Source: Nitrospirota bacterium (lineage in GTDB: Bacteria > Nitrospirota > Thermodesulfovibrionia > Thermodesulfovibrionales > JdFR-86). Taken from it: a DNA stretch of 64,000 nucleotides. Below the pieces are notes generated by a model, which saw only the letters and a list, made by a program, of their open reading frames with translations, was not told where the DNA came from and did not search any database. Below are positions 29,129-38,847 of this stretch, in pieces. The number at the start of each line of letters is the position of its first letter. Position 1 is the stretch's first letter. The stretch is taken from contig CAVRJY010000002.1 in assembly GCA_963721805.1 (NCBI GenBank), positions 384,001 through 448,000 on the forward strand. The letters run 5' to 3'. Both the position numbers and the translations under genes were made by a program.

Positions 29129-30318
29129 TACCGGTCACACTCCCCGAGCACTATGTCCACGGTCCCGATGTTGGCGATGACGTCCGCGACCATGCCCCCG
29201 ATGCAGAGCTTCGGAAGCGCGGCAATGTGGATGAACGACGGGGAGCGGAAGCGCATCCTGTAGGGCTTGCCCTTGCCGTCGCTTACGAAGTAAAACCCGA
29301 GTTCGCCCTTGGGCGCCTCGATAGGGGTGTAAAGGTCTCCTACCGGTGCGTTGATCGGGCCTTTTATTATCATCACGAAGTGCTGGGCCATCGTCTCCAT
29401 GGACTGAAGCACGGTCTCTTTCTTTGGGAGTACGAACTTCGGCGCGTCCGGCGTGAGGATCGGGCCGCGCGGGAGCCGCTCGATGCACTGGCGGACTATG
29501 TTGTTGGACTGGCGAAACTCAAGCATCCTGCAGCGGTACCGGTCGTAGACGTCGCCTGCGACTCCCAGCGGCACGGTAAACTCGACCTTGTCGTACGCGT
29601 CGTAGGGGAAGGCCTTCCTGACGTCGTAGTTCACCCCCGAACCCCTCAGCACCGCTCCGGTGAGGCCCATGCTGACGGCCTCCTCGGCCGTGATCTTGCC
29701 GATGCCTACGGTGCGCTCGAGCCATATCGGGTTTTGGTCGATCAGGGTCTCGTACTCGAGAATGCGCGCCGGGAACTCATCGGTGAAGGCGTAGGCGCGG
29801 TCGAGGAACTCCTGCGTGACGTCGATCTTCACCCCGCCGATGCGCGGGTACGTGACCGTGAGGCGCGCGCCGCAGAGGATCTCGAAGAGGTCCAGTATCG
29901 TCTCGCGCTCGCGGAAGCAATATAGGAATATCGTCATCGCGCCTATGTCGAGCGCGTGCGTGGCCAGCCACAGAAGGTGGCTGGATATGCGGCTTAACTC
30001 CGAGACCATAGTGCGGATGTACTTCGCGCGCTCCGGGGCCTCGATGCCCAAAAGCCGCTCGACGGCGAGGCAGTACCCCACGTTGTTGGTCATGCTCGAT
30101 ACGTAATCGAGCCTGTCCGTAAGGGGCAGGGCCGAGAGGTAAGTCCTGTTCTCGCCGAGCTTCTCGGTGCCCCTATGCAGGTATCCGACGTGCGGGGTGC
30201 AGCCGACGACTATCTCGCCGTCTATGTCGAGTTCGAGCTTCAGCACCCCGTGCGTTGCCGGGTGCTGCGGGCCCATGAAGATCTTGAGCAGGTGTTTTTG
30301 TTCGTCTACCTGTTCCAC
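29128..30318 (-). CDS. nuoD: NADH-quinone oxidoreductase subunit D
   Basis: [37 protein letters not shown] 30318 chosen as start. Confidence 0.95.
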   Translation of the reverse strand: MEQVDEQKHLLKIFMGPQHPATHGVLKLELDIDGEIVVGCTPHVGYLHRGTEKLGENRTYLSALPLTDRLDYVSSMTNNVGYCLAVERLLGIEAPERAKYIRTMVSELSRISSHLLWLATHALDIGAMTIFLYCFRERETILDLFEILCGARLTVTYPRIGGVKIDVTQEFLDRAYAFTDEFPARILEYETLIDQNPIWLERTVGIGKITAEEAVSMGLTGAVLRGSGVNYDVRKAFPYDAYDKVEFTVPLGVAGDVYDRYRCRMLEFRQSNNIVRQCIERLPRGPILTPDAPKFVLPKKETVLQSMETMAQHFVMIIKGPINAPVGDLYTPIEAPKGELGFYFVSDGKGKPYRMRFRSPSFIHIAALPKLCIGGMVADVIANIGTVDIVLGECDR

Positions 30319-30845
30319 CCGAACTCCTTGAGGCGCTCGGATTTCTCGAGCACCTCCTTGTATCCCTTCCATTCGGCCTCCGGGCCGGGGCCCTTCAGCG
30401 GGTAATCTTTCCTTAAGGGGTGGCCTTCCCAGTCGTCCGGCATCAGGACGCGCCGCATGTCCGGGTGGCCGTCGAAGCGGATGCCGAACAGGTCGAAGCA
30501 CTCGCGCTCGTGCCAGTTGGCGCCGGACCATAGCGGGGTCACGCTCTGTATGTGGCAGTCGGCCTCCGGCACGTGCGCCCTGATCCTGATGAAATGGCCG
30601 TACTTGATAGAGTAGAGGTTATAGACGACCTCGAAACGGTCCCCGGCGCGTCCCATGTAGTCGACGCCGCAGAGGTCGTTGAGGTGGTCAAATTGCAGAT
30701 CTTCGGTCTGCTTGAGGAATCTCAGGATCTGCGCTATCTTGCCGCGGCGCACAGAGACGGAAACCTGCCCGTGGTGGTCAGTGATCTCGAGGACCTCCTC
30801 CGGGAAGTGGCCGCTTATGCGCTGGGCTATCTGAAGCGGCTCCAC
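30306..30845 (-). CDS. nuoC: NADH-quinone oxidoreductase subunit C
   Basis: [23 protein letters not shown]. Confidence 0.95.
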   Translation of the reverse strand: MEPLQIAQRISGHFPEEVLEITDHHGQVSVSVRRGKIAQILRFLKQTEDLQFDHLNDLCGVDYMGRAGDRFEVVYNLYSIKYGHFIRIRAHVPEADCHIQSVTPLWSGANWHERECFDLFGIRFDGHPDMRRVLMPDDWEGHPLRKDYPLKGPGPEAEWKGYKEVLEKSERLKEFGWNR

Positions 30846-31336
30846 CTGTATGACTCCTTATTGATCTTGTCTTGGAGCTTCATGATGCCCTCAAGGAGGG
30901 CCTCGGGCCTCGGCGGGCAGCCGGGGATATAGACGTCCACCGGCAGGAACTGGTCGACGCCCTGCACGGTGCTGTATGTGTTGTAAACGTTGCCGGTGCA
31001 GGCGCAGCTGCCCATCGCTATGACGTAGCGGGGCTCGGGCATCTGGTCATAGACGGTGCGGACGACCGGGGCCATCTTCTTGGTCACGGTGCCGGCGATG
31101 ATGATAACGTCGCTCTGGCGCGGGGAGGCGCGGAAGATGATCCCGAAGCGGTCCAGGTCGAAGTGCGCCGCGCCCGCGGCCATCATCTCGATGGCGCAGC
31201 ACGCAAGCCCGAACGTCATCGGCCACATCGAGCCGGTCCTGCCCCAGTTGACGATCTTGTCGACCGCGCCGATTATCACCGGCGTCCCCGGGATTACCTT
31301 TACTCCGGGCTCGACCTCTACGAGGGTGGATATCAT
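30827..31336 (-). CDS. nuoB: NADH-quinone oxidoreductase subunit B
   Basis: [27 protein letters not shown]. Confidence 0.96.
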   Translation of the reverse strand: MISTLVEVEPGVKVIPGTPVIIGAVDKIVNWGRTGSMWPMTFGLACCAIEMMAAGAAHFDLDRFGIIFRASPRQSDVIIIAGTVTKKMAPVVRTVYDQMPEPRYVIAMGSCACTGNVYNTYSTVQGVDQFLPVDVYIPGCPPRPEALLEGIMKLQDKINKESYRWSRFR

Positions 31337-31337
31337 A

Positions 31338-31712
31338 TTACTTGCTCCATACGAAGGCGTCCTTCTTCCATGCGTAGACGTATCCGACAAGCAGTATCAC
31401 TATAAAGAGGATCATCTCGACGAAGGCGTACATCCCTATGCGGTCCATCACCACGGCCCAGGGATAGAGGAATACGGCTTCCACGTCGAACACCACGAAG
31501 AGCATCGCGACCACGTAAAACCCTATGGAGAACCTCATGCGCGGCTCGCCCACCGGGGGGTTGCCTGATTCGTAAGGGGTGAGCTTCTCGGGATACGGCC
31601 GCCGCGGCCTCACGAACCAGCTCAGCGCCAGCGAGCCCAAACCGAAGCAGAGCCCCACGATCATGAAGATCAGGATGGGGAGATACCCGCTTGGTATGTA
31701 TGTACCCGGCAT
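31338..31712 (-). CDS. nuoA: NADH-quinone oxidoreductase subunit A
   Basis: [20 protein letters not shown]. Confidence 0.95.
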   Translation of the reverse strand: MPGTYIPSGYLPILIFMIVGLCFGLGSLALSWFVRPRRPYPEKLTPYESGNPPVGEPRMRFSIGFYVVAMLFVVFDVEAVFLYPWAVVMDRIGMYAFVEMILFIVILLVGYVYAWKKDAFVWSK

Positions 31713-31865
31713 GCTCAGTAATATACGGCATAGTACGTGCGGCTGTCAACGAAATTTTATTATCCTATGAAAATAATTAATCAATAGCCTATTTGGTAAT
31801 TCGCGATTGACTTTCAATTAAGGATAAATGTAAATTTTTTCCATGCCCGCGGAGGTGCCTAAGCC

Positions 31866-32895
31866 ATGAAAGTCGCGATGTACTATTCAAACGATGACGT
31901 GCGGCTGCAAGATGCCCCGATGCCGGTGATCGGGCCGGGCGAGGCCCTCGTGCGCATACACTCAAGCGGGATCTGCGGAAGCGACGTGATGCAGTGGTAC
32001 CGCGCCGGGAAGACCCCGCTCGTGCTGGGCCACGAGATCTCGGGCGAGGTAGTGGAGGTAGGCGAGGGCGTCTAGCCGCATCAAACCCGGCGACCGCATA
32101 GCCGCATCGCACCACGTCCCGTGCAATACCTGCTGGTACTGCCGAAGCGGCCACGATACCGTATGCGATACCCTGCGCACGACGAAATTCCACCCCGGCG
32201 GGTTCTCTGAGTACCTGCGCCTGCCCGCGATCAACGTAGAGCGGGGCGTCTATGTCCTGCCCGAGTCCATGTCTTACGACGAGGCGACGTTCATTGAGCC
32301 GCTCGCCTGCGTGCTCAGGGGCCAGAGGAAGACAGGCATGAGGCTCGGCTCATCCGTGCTGGTGATCGGCAGCGGCATATCCGGGCTGCTGCATATAAGG
32401 CTCGCGCTCGCGCTTGGCGCAGGGCTCGTCGTATCGACCGATATAAATGAGTACCGCATCAAGGCGGCTAGGCAGAGCGGGGCGCATGCTGTGCTGAGTG
32501 CCGCATCCGATGTGCCTTCTGAGTTCAGGAAGCTCAATAACAATAGGGGCGCGGACGTAGTGATACTCACGGCCGGGGCACCGAAGGCGATAGCGCAGGC
32601 GACAGAGAGCGTCGACCGCGGGGGGACCGTACTGTTCTTCGCCCCGGCATCGGGGGATGCCAGCTTCCCGCTGCCTGTAAACAAACTCTTCTGGCGCAAT
32701 GAGATAACGCTTACCTCAACCTATGCCGCGAACCCGGCAGAGCACTTCGATTCGATGGAGCTGATACGCTCCGGCCGCGTGAAGGTCGCAGACCTGATAA
32801 CCCACCGCCTGCCGCTTGAGCGCACGGTCGAGGGGTTCCGGCTCGTAGCGGGTGCCGGGGAATCCATAAAGGTTATAATAACGCCTCAACTTTAG
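31866..32895 (+). pseudogene. Zn-dependent medium-chain (sorbitol/threonine-type) dehydrogenase, +1 frameshift near 32073
   Basis: GICGSD and GHE in frame 1. Removing one base continues SRIKPGDR..HHVPCNTCWYC..C into ORF 32269-32895 (IEPLAC, GSGISG). Confidence 0.85.
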
Positions 32896-32915
32896 CTGAT
32901 AAAGGAGCGTGCGGG

Positions 32916-33791
32916 ATGGCTGACATCGAAGGATTGAGGGAGATTGACGTTAAGAAGAAGCGGTCCGTGACCGCCGGGATCAAGGGCGCGTCGAACATGG
33001 ACTGGGGCATGAAGAACCGCCTCTCGCGCATCATAAAGCCCGCTTCCGGCAAGACCGTGATGCTCGCGGTCGACCACGGGTACTTCCTCGGCCCCACGAG
33101 CGGCCTCGAGGAGCCCGGTTGCGTGATAGCCCCGCTGCTGCCCTATGCCGACGCGCTGATGCCGACGCGCGGCGTGCTGCGCTCCTGCGTCGATGCCGGG
33201 GCGGCCCAGGCAACGCCGATATGCCTTCGGGTATCGGGCACCAACAGCATACTCAAGGAGCTCTCAAACGAGGACCTTATAGTCGCGATGGAGGACGCCA
33301 TGAGGCTCAACTGCTCGGCCGTCGCTATCTCCATCTACATAGGCGCGGAGTATCAGGAGCGCACGCTTCGCAACCTCGCAAAGCTCGTCGACGAGGGCCA
33401 GCGAGTCGGCATGCCGGTGCTCGCGGTGACGGCTGTGGGCAAGGACATGGTGCGCGACGCGCGGTATCTCTCGCTTGCGTGCAGGATAGCTGCCGAGATA
33501 GGCGCTAACGTGGTCAAGACCTACTACTGCGAGGGCTTCGAGCGGCTCGTCAATACCTGCCCGGTGCCGCTCGTCATGGCCGGGGGCAAGAAGCTCCCCG
33601 AGGACGAGGCGCTTCAGCTCACCTATGACGCGATCTCGCGCGGCGCGGCCGGCGTGGACATGGGCCGCAACATATTCCAGTCCTCCGACCCGGTCGCGAT
33701 GATACAGGCAGTGCGCGCGGTCGTGCACAACGGGGAGTCGCCCAAGAAGGCCTACGAGATGTTCAAGGCGCTCAAAAGGAGGAAGAGATAA
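32916..33791 (+). CDS. lsrF: LsrF/DhnA-family class I aldolase or thiolase
   Basis: DWGMKNRLSRI, MLAVDHGYFLGP, VVKTYY, GVDMGRNIFQ. Confidence 0.85.
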   Translation: MADIEGLREIDVKKKRSVTAGIKGASNMDWGMKNRLSRIIKPASGKTVMLAVDHGYFLGPTSGLEEPGCVIAPLLPYADALMPTRGVLRSCVDAGAAQATPICLRVSGTNSILKELSNEDLIVAMEDAMRLNCSAVAISIYIGAEYQERTLRNLAKLVDEGQRVGMPVLAVTAVGKDMVRDARYLSLACRIAAEIGANVVKTYYCEGFERLVNTCPVPLVMAGGKKLPEDEALQLTYDAISRGAAGVDMGRNIFQSSDPVAMIQAVRAVVHNGESPKKAYEMFKALKRRKR

Positions 33792-34216
33792 TGGCAACGG
33801 AAGTCACCGCGCACGTTAAATACATAGACGGGCTTCAGTTCGTGGGCTCCTCCGAGAGCGGCCACGCCATCGTAATGGACGGCCCGGTGAAATCAGGCGG
33901 CCACGACAGCGGGATGTCGCCGATGGAGCTGCTGCTCGTGGCGATCGGGGGCTGCACCGGGATGGACGTGGCCTCTGTGCTAAGAAAGAAAAAGCAGCCG
34001 TTTACCTCGCTTGAGGTCATCACGCACGGCACTAAATCCGAGCATGACCCGATGTGGTTCAAAGAGGTGACGATAGAGTACGTCATCAGGGGCAAGGGCG
34101 TAAGCGAGACCGCGGTAAAGCGCGCGATAGACCTCTCGTTCGAGAAGTACTGCTCCGTGAAGGCCACGTTCGAGAACTCCTCGAAGGTCGGCTTCAGCTA
34201 CCGGATAGAGGACTAG
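33791..34216 (+). CDS. OsmC/YhfA family protein
   Basis: SPMELLL...GGCTGMDV, EKYCSV. Confidence 0.9.
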   Translation: MATEVTAHVKYIDGLQFVGSSESGHAIVMDGPVKSGGHDSGMSPMELLLVAIGGCTGMDVASVLRKKKQPFTSLEVITHGTKSEHDPMWFKEVTIEYVIRGKGVSETAVKRAIDLSFEKYCSVKATFENSSKVGFSYRIED

Positions 34217-34219
34217 GGC

Positions 34220-34681
34220 TTGCCCATAGGGCGGGCCATACTCAAGCACATAGCCACGCTCGGGCCGGTGGGGTATATGCCGGTCGCGCCCGGCACCTGG
34301 GGCACGCTCGCCGCGGCGCTCGCGGTCACGGCGATGTACGGGCTATCGGACCACGCGTTCGCTGCGATAGCGGTTGGGGTCACGCTGATCGGGACATGGG
34401 CCGCGGACTCGGCCGAGCGCACGATAGGCGGGAAAGACCCCGGATGCGTGGTGATCGACGAGGTCGCGGGATATTTCGTCTCGGTCTTATACCTTCCGCG
34501 GACGGCGGCCATACTGTTCGCGGCGTTTTTTCTCTTCAGGATATTCGACATAATCAAGCCGCCGCCATGCCGTCGGCTTGAGCGCATGGGCGGCGGCCTC
34601 GGCATAATGATGGACGACGTCGCGGCCGGCATATATACGAACATCGTGATCAGGGCATGGCTGATAGCGTTTCTGAGATAG
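34220..34681 (+). CDS. pgpA: Phosphatidylglycerophosphatase A
   Basis: APGTWGT, DPGCVVIDEVAG, FRIFDIIKP, GIMMDDVAAG. Confidence 0.93.
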   Translation: MPIGRAILKHIATLGPVGYMPVAPGTWGTLAAALAVTAMYGLSDHAFAAIAVGVTLIGTWAADSAERTIGGKDPGCVVIDEVAGYFVSVLYLPRTAAILFAAFFLFRIFDIIKPPPCRRLERMGGGLGIMMDDVAAGIYTNIVIRAWLIAFLR

Positions 34682-35145
34682 CGGCCGACGTCCACCGGAT
34701 CTTTACCGAGCGCAAGCTCAGGCTCTCGGTCGCCGAGAGCTGCACCGGGGGGCTTATAAGCCAGGCGCTCACCGCCCTGCCGGGTGCGTCGGGATTTTTC
34801 GATACCGGAATCGTCTGCTATGCGATATCATCTAAGTTGAGGGTGCTCGGGCTGGACGCGGGCCTGCTGGGTAAGCATGGGGCTATCAGCGGCGAGGCGG
34901 CCCTCGCGATGGCCGAGGGCGTGCGCGGGATAAGCGGGACCGACTACGCCCTTGCGATAACCGGAAACCTCGGCCCCGAGCCGATGGAGGGAAAGCCGGT
35001 CGGGCACGTGCATATGGCCGTGGCCGCGGAAGGCAGGACGCGCTCGGCCGAGATGACGTTTGAGGGCGGACGCGGGGAGATAAGGCACGCGGCCGCCGAG
35101 GCCGCGCTTTGGGTGCTGTATAACTTTGTAAGGGAGGCCCGATGA
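34657..35145 (+). CDS. cinA: CinA C-terminal domain / NMN amidohydrolase, PncC-like
   Basis: VAESCTGG, PGAS, MAEG, ITG. Confidence 0.88.
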   Translation: MADSVSEIAADVHRIFTERKLRLSVAESCTGGLISQALTALPGASGFFDTGIVCYAISSKLRVLGLDAGLLGKHGAISGEAALAMAEGVRGISGTDYALAITGNLGPEPMEGKPVGHVHMAVAAEGRTRSAEMTFEGGRGEIRHAAAEAALWVLYNFVREAR

Positions 35146-35708
35146 TGAGGTGCTTTATAGCCATAGAGCTTGCGCCTGAGCTCAGGCAGTCGGTATGGGA
35201 TAAGACCGCCGCTCTGAGGGCCACCAGCGCGGACGTCAGGTGGGTGGCCGAGCGGAACTTCCACCTCACGATGAAATTTCTGGGCGATACGCCGCAAGGT
35301 GCGATAGAGGGCATAAGCCGGGCGCTCGATAAGGCCGTGGCCGGGCTCACGGAGTTCGACCTCGCGTTTCGGGGCTGCGGGGCGTTTCCGAACCTCCGAA
35401 ACCCGCACGTCGTATGGATCGGGCTCGTCGGGTTCGGCCGCCTGATGGCGATACAGTCCGTTGTGGAGCCCGCGATGGTCTCTCTGGGGTTCCCTCCGGA
35501 GGAGCGCGCGTTCAGCCCGCACCTGACGATAGGCCGCGTGAAGAGCCCGCGCGGGGCCAATGCGCTGGCCGATGAGGTGACGAAGCTCAAGGCCGAGGAG
35601 TTCGGCTGCTCGCACGTAAGCGGCGTGGCCCTGATGCAGAGCGAACTGCGCCCCGACGGCCCGGTATACACGCGGCTTTACGCGGCCCCGCTCGAGGGAC
35701 TTGAATAA
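35142..35708 (+). CDS. thpR: RNA 2',3'-cyclic phosphodiesterase
   Basis: Two HxT motifs (FHLTMKFLG, PHLTIGR). Confidence 0.92.
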   Translation: MMRCFIAIELAPELRQSVWDKTAALRATSADVRWVAERNFHLTMKFLGDTPQGAIEGISRALDKAVAGLTEFDLAFRGCGAFPNLRNPHVVWIGLVGFGRLMAIQSVVEPAMVSLGFPPEERAFSPHLTIGRVKSPRGANALADEVTKLKAEEFGCSHVSGVALMQSELRPDGPVYTRLYAAPLEGLE

Positions 35709-35757
35709 TATGGCGATATAGGTAAAATATAGTACCCCCTAAGGAGGACGTGCATAC

Positions 35758-36768
35758 ATGGATAAGGACAAGGTAAAGGCGCTCGACGCCGCCATATCGC
35801 AGATAGAGAAGAGTTTCGGGAAGGGCTCGATAATGCGCCTAGGCGCTGGGGGCGTGGCCGAGGGCGTGCAGGTGATACCGACAGGGTCGCTGGCGCTCGA
35901 CATAGCGACCGGCATAGGCGGCTACCCGCGCGGCAGGATAGTGGAGATATACGGCCCAGAGTCCTCGGGCAAGACCACGCTGGCGCTGCATGCCATAGCC
36001 CAGGCCCAGAAGGCCGGCGGCACCGCGGCGTTCATCGACGCCGAGCACGCGCTGGATATCAATTACGCAGGAAGGCTCGGCGTCAACGTCGAGGAGCTGC
36101 TCGTCTCGCAGCCCGACACCGGCGAGCAGGCGCTGGAAGTATCCGAGACGCTCGTGCGAAGCGGGGCGGTCGACATCATAGTGATCGACTCGGTCGCTGC
36201 CCTCGTGCCGAAGGCCGAGATAGAGGGCGACATGGGCGACTCCCTGCCGGGCCTGCAGGCCCGCCTGATGAGCCAGGCCATGCGCAAGCTCACCGCGGCG
36301 ATATCGAAGTCCAACACCACGATCATCTTCATCAACCAGATCCGCATGAAGATCGGCGTGATGTTCGGCAACCCGGAGACGACGACCGGCGGAAACGCGC
36401 TTAAGTTCTACGCCTCGATGCGCTTCGACATACGCCGCATAGATTCTATCAAGTCCGACACCGAGGTGATCGGCGGCAGGGCGCGCGTCAAGGTAGTCAA
36501 GAACAAGATGGCCCCGCCGTTTAAGCAGGCCGAGTTCGACATCTACTATAACGAGGGCATCTCGCGCCCGGGCGAGGTCCTCGACCTGGGCGTCGCGGCC
36601 GGGATCGTCGATAAGGCCGGGGCGTGGTTCAGCTACGGCGGGCAGAAGATTGGGCAGGGCCGCGAGAGCTCCAAGGCTTACCTCAAGGAGCATCCCGAGG
36701 TCATGAAGGAGATCGAAGACAAGCTTGCCTCGCCTGCGCCGGAGAAAAAGCTCGCGGAGAAGAAATGA
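35758..36768 (+). CDS. recA: Recombinase RecA
   Basis: [28 protein letters not shown]. Confidence 0.99.
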   Translation: MDKDKVKALDAAISQIEKSFGKGSIMRLGAGGVAEGVQVIPTGSLALDIATGIGGYPRGRIVEIYGPESSGKTTLALHAIAQAQKAGGTAAFIDAEHALDINYAGRLGVNVEELLVSQPDTGEQALEVSETLVRSGAVDIIVIDSVAALVPKAEIEGDMGDSLPGLQARLMSQAMRKLTAAISKSNTTIIFINQIRMKIGVMFGNPETTTGGNALKFYASMRFDIRRIDSIKSDTEVIGGRARVKVVKNKMAPPFKQAEFDIYYNEGISRPGEVLDLGVAAGIVDKAGAWFSYGGQKIGQGRESSKAYLKEHPEVMKEIEDKLASPAPEKKLAEKK

Positions 36769-37913
36769 AAGACATCAAGGACCTCCTCAGGACCGCGGTC
36801 GAGATGAAGGCCTCTGACCTGCATCTCAAGGTCGGCTCGCCTCCTATCGTGAGGCTTTACGGCAACCTTACCCCGCTTCAGAGCGAGGAGCGCCTTACGT
36901 ACGAAGACACCCTGAAGATGAGCCTCGAGGTCATGAGCCAGGGCCAGCGAGAGGCGTTTAAAAAGAAAAACGACCTCGACTTCGCATACAGCGTGCCGGG
37001 GCTCGGCAGGTTCCGCTGCAACGTATTCGTGCAGCGCGGCGCGGTCGGGATGGTCTTCCGATCCATACCGATGAAGATCCCGACGGTCGAGGAGCTCAAC
37101 CTCCCGAAGGTGCTCTATAAGATCGCGGGCTACGAACGCGGCCTGATCCTCGTCACCGGCGCGACCGGGAGCGGAAAATCCACGACCCTCGCCGCGCTCA
37201 TCGACAACGTCAACATCAACCGCACCGCGAACATCGTCACTATCGAAGACCCGATCGAGTACCTCCACCGCGACAAGCGCGGCATCATCAACCAGCGCGA
37301 GGTCGGCACCGACACGTTAAGCTTCTCCGTAGCGCTCAGGGCCTCGCTCAGGCAGGACCCTGACGTCATACTCGTCGGCGAGATGCGGGATTTGGAGACC
37401 ATCGAGACCGCGATGATGGCGGCCGAGACCGGTCACCTCGTCATGAGCACCCTGCATACGATAGACGCGGCCGAGACCGTAAACCGCATAATCGGTTCGT
37501 TCCCGCCGCACCAGCAGTCCCAGATACGCATACAGCTGGCCTCGATAATAAAGGCGATCATATCGATGCGCCTCGTGCCGAAGGCCGACGGCTCCGGCCG
37601 GGTCCCCGCGATCGAGGTCATGATCGCTACCTCGCTGATCAGGGAGTGCATCACCGACCCCACGAAGACGAAGCTGATCAACGACATCATGGTGCAGGGC
37701 AGGCTCGGCTACGAGATGCAGACCTTCGACCAGGCGCTCTTCGACCTCTACAGCTCGGGCAATATAACCTTCGACGAGGCGCTCAAATGGGCCTCCAACC
37801 CGGAGGACTTCAAGCTCAAGGTCTCGGGCATCAGTTCAACGGCAGACGAGTCGGTCGAGCCGTTTATAAACCCCGAGCAGAACAAGCCGGAGATCGACAG
37901 GTTCGCCAAGTAG
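36765..37913 (+). CDS. pilT: PilT/PilU-family type IV pilus retraction ATPase
   Basis: [48 protein letters not shown]; start 36765 overlaps the recA stop. Confidence 0.9.
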   Translation: MKDIKDLLRTAVEMKASDLHLKVGSPPIVRLYGNLTPLQSEERLTYEDTLKMSLEVMSQGQREAFKKKNDLDFAYSVPGLGRFRCNVFVQRGAVGMVFRSIPMKIPTVEELNLPKVLYKIAGYERGLILVTGATGSGKSTTLAALIDNVNINRTANIVTIEDPIEYLHRDKRGIINQREVGTDTLSFSVALRASLRQDPDVILVGEMRDLETIETAMMAAETGHLVMSTLHTIDAAETVNRIIGSFPPHQQSQIRIQLASIIKAIISMRLVPKADGSGRVPAIEVMIATSLIRECITDPTKTKLINDIMVQGRLGYEMQTFDQALFDLYSSGNITFDEALKWASNPEDFKLKVSGISSTADESVEPFINPEQNKPEIDRFAK

Positions 37914-37949
37914 CTGCCGCCCGGATGCGGTAAGGGAATTTTCCAGAGA

Positions 37950-38453
37950 TTGACAAAACAGAAGGCGTCCGGCGGGGGAGGCGACGCGGTAAGATATGCC
38001 CTCAGGCTCCTGAGCTACCGCCCAAGGAGCGAACGCGAACTCCGCGAGAGGCTGCTGCGCAAGGGGTTCGCCCCTGAGGCGGCCGACGCGGCGCTGGAGC
38101 GGATGAAGGCGCTTGGATACGTCGACGACACCGCGCTGGCCGATTCGCTTCGGCGCATCGCCTCGGAAGGCTCAAAGAAGCTCGGGGCCGCCGGGGCGCT
38201 CAGGTTCATGAGGCAGAGGGGCATACCAGAGGCGATAGCGCGCGGGGCGCTTGAGGGCTATGACGAGGCCGGGCCCGCCGAGCGGTTCGCCTCGAAGCGC
38301 ATGGCCTCGCTCTCGGGTCTCGACCCCGCAGTAGCAAAAAGAAGGCTCTCGGCCCGCCTTGCGCGCCGGGGGTTCGGGTACGATACTATACGCAAAACCG
38401 TCTCAAACTCGTTTCTAAAGGAGGATAAGACCGATGACGAAAAGGACGCTTAG
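37950..38453 (+). CDS. recX: Regulatory protein RecX
   Basis: ALRLLSYRPRSERELRERL, GYVDD, LARRGF. Confidence 0.9.
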   Translation: MTKQKASGGGGDAVRYALRLLSYRPRSERELRERLLRKGFAPEAADAALERMKALGYVDDTALADSLRRIASEGSKKLGAAGALRFMRQRGIPEAIARGALEGYDEAGPAERFASKRMASLSGLDPAVAKRRLSARLARRGFGYDTIRKTVSNSFLKEDKTDDEKDA

Positions 38454-38847
38454 CGCAGTGGCGCTCGCCGGGGCAGTGATAGTGCTCTGCGGCTGCTCAA
38501 AGGGGGTCAGGTATTCGCCGACCGAGATAGAGGGCTATCCGCCGCAGGTGCAGGAGCAGATCAAGAGCGGTGATCTTACGCTCGGGATGTCCACGACCGT
38601 CGTGCGCTATACCTGGGGCACGCCCAGCGACGTGTACGTGATGGGGCTGGACCCCGAGGGCCGCGCCCACGAGGAATGGGTATATTACTCTTTCCCGTTT
38701 TTCCACACCAGGCTCGTCTTCAAGGACAACAAGCTCGTGGGCATAGTCTCCGGCTTCGCGACCAACGACCAGATATTGCCGGATAAACGGGTCGGCAGCG
38801 CCGACGCGCCCAGGCCCGCCGACTCCCCCAAGGAGCCTGCCAAGTAA
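38434..38847 (+). CDS. Putative lipoprotein
   Basis: Lipobox-like LCGC; GMS...WGTP...EEWVY SmpA/BamE-like pattern. Confidence 0.7.
   Translation: MTKRTLSAVALAGAVIVLCGCSKGVRYSPTEIEGYPPQVQEQIKSGDLTLGMSTTVVRYTWGTPSDVYVMGLDPEGRAHEEWVYYSFPFFHTRLVFKDNKLVGIVSGFATNDQILPDKRVGSADAPRPADSPKEPAK

Noticed and set aside
29128..31336. Group 4 NiFe hydrogenase
   Set aside because: The large subunit lacks both CxxC Ni-binding motifs and has NuoD signatures
32073..32075. TAG in the dehydrogenase gene as pyrrolysine or readthrough
   Set aside because: The conserved downstream sequence is in the +1 frame, so this is a frameshift and not readthrough
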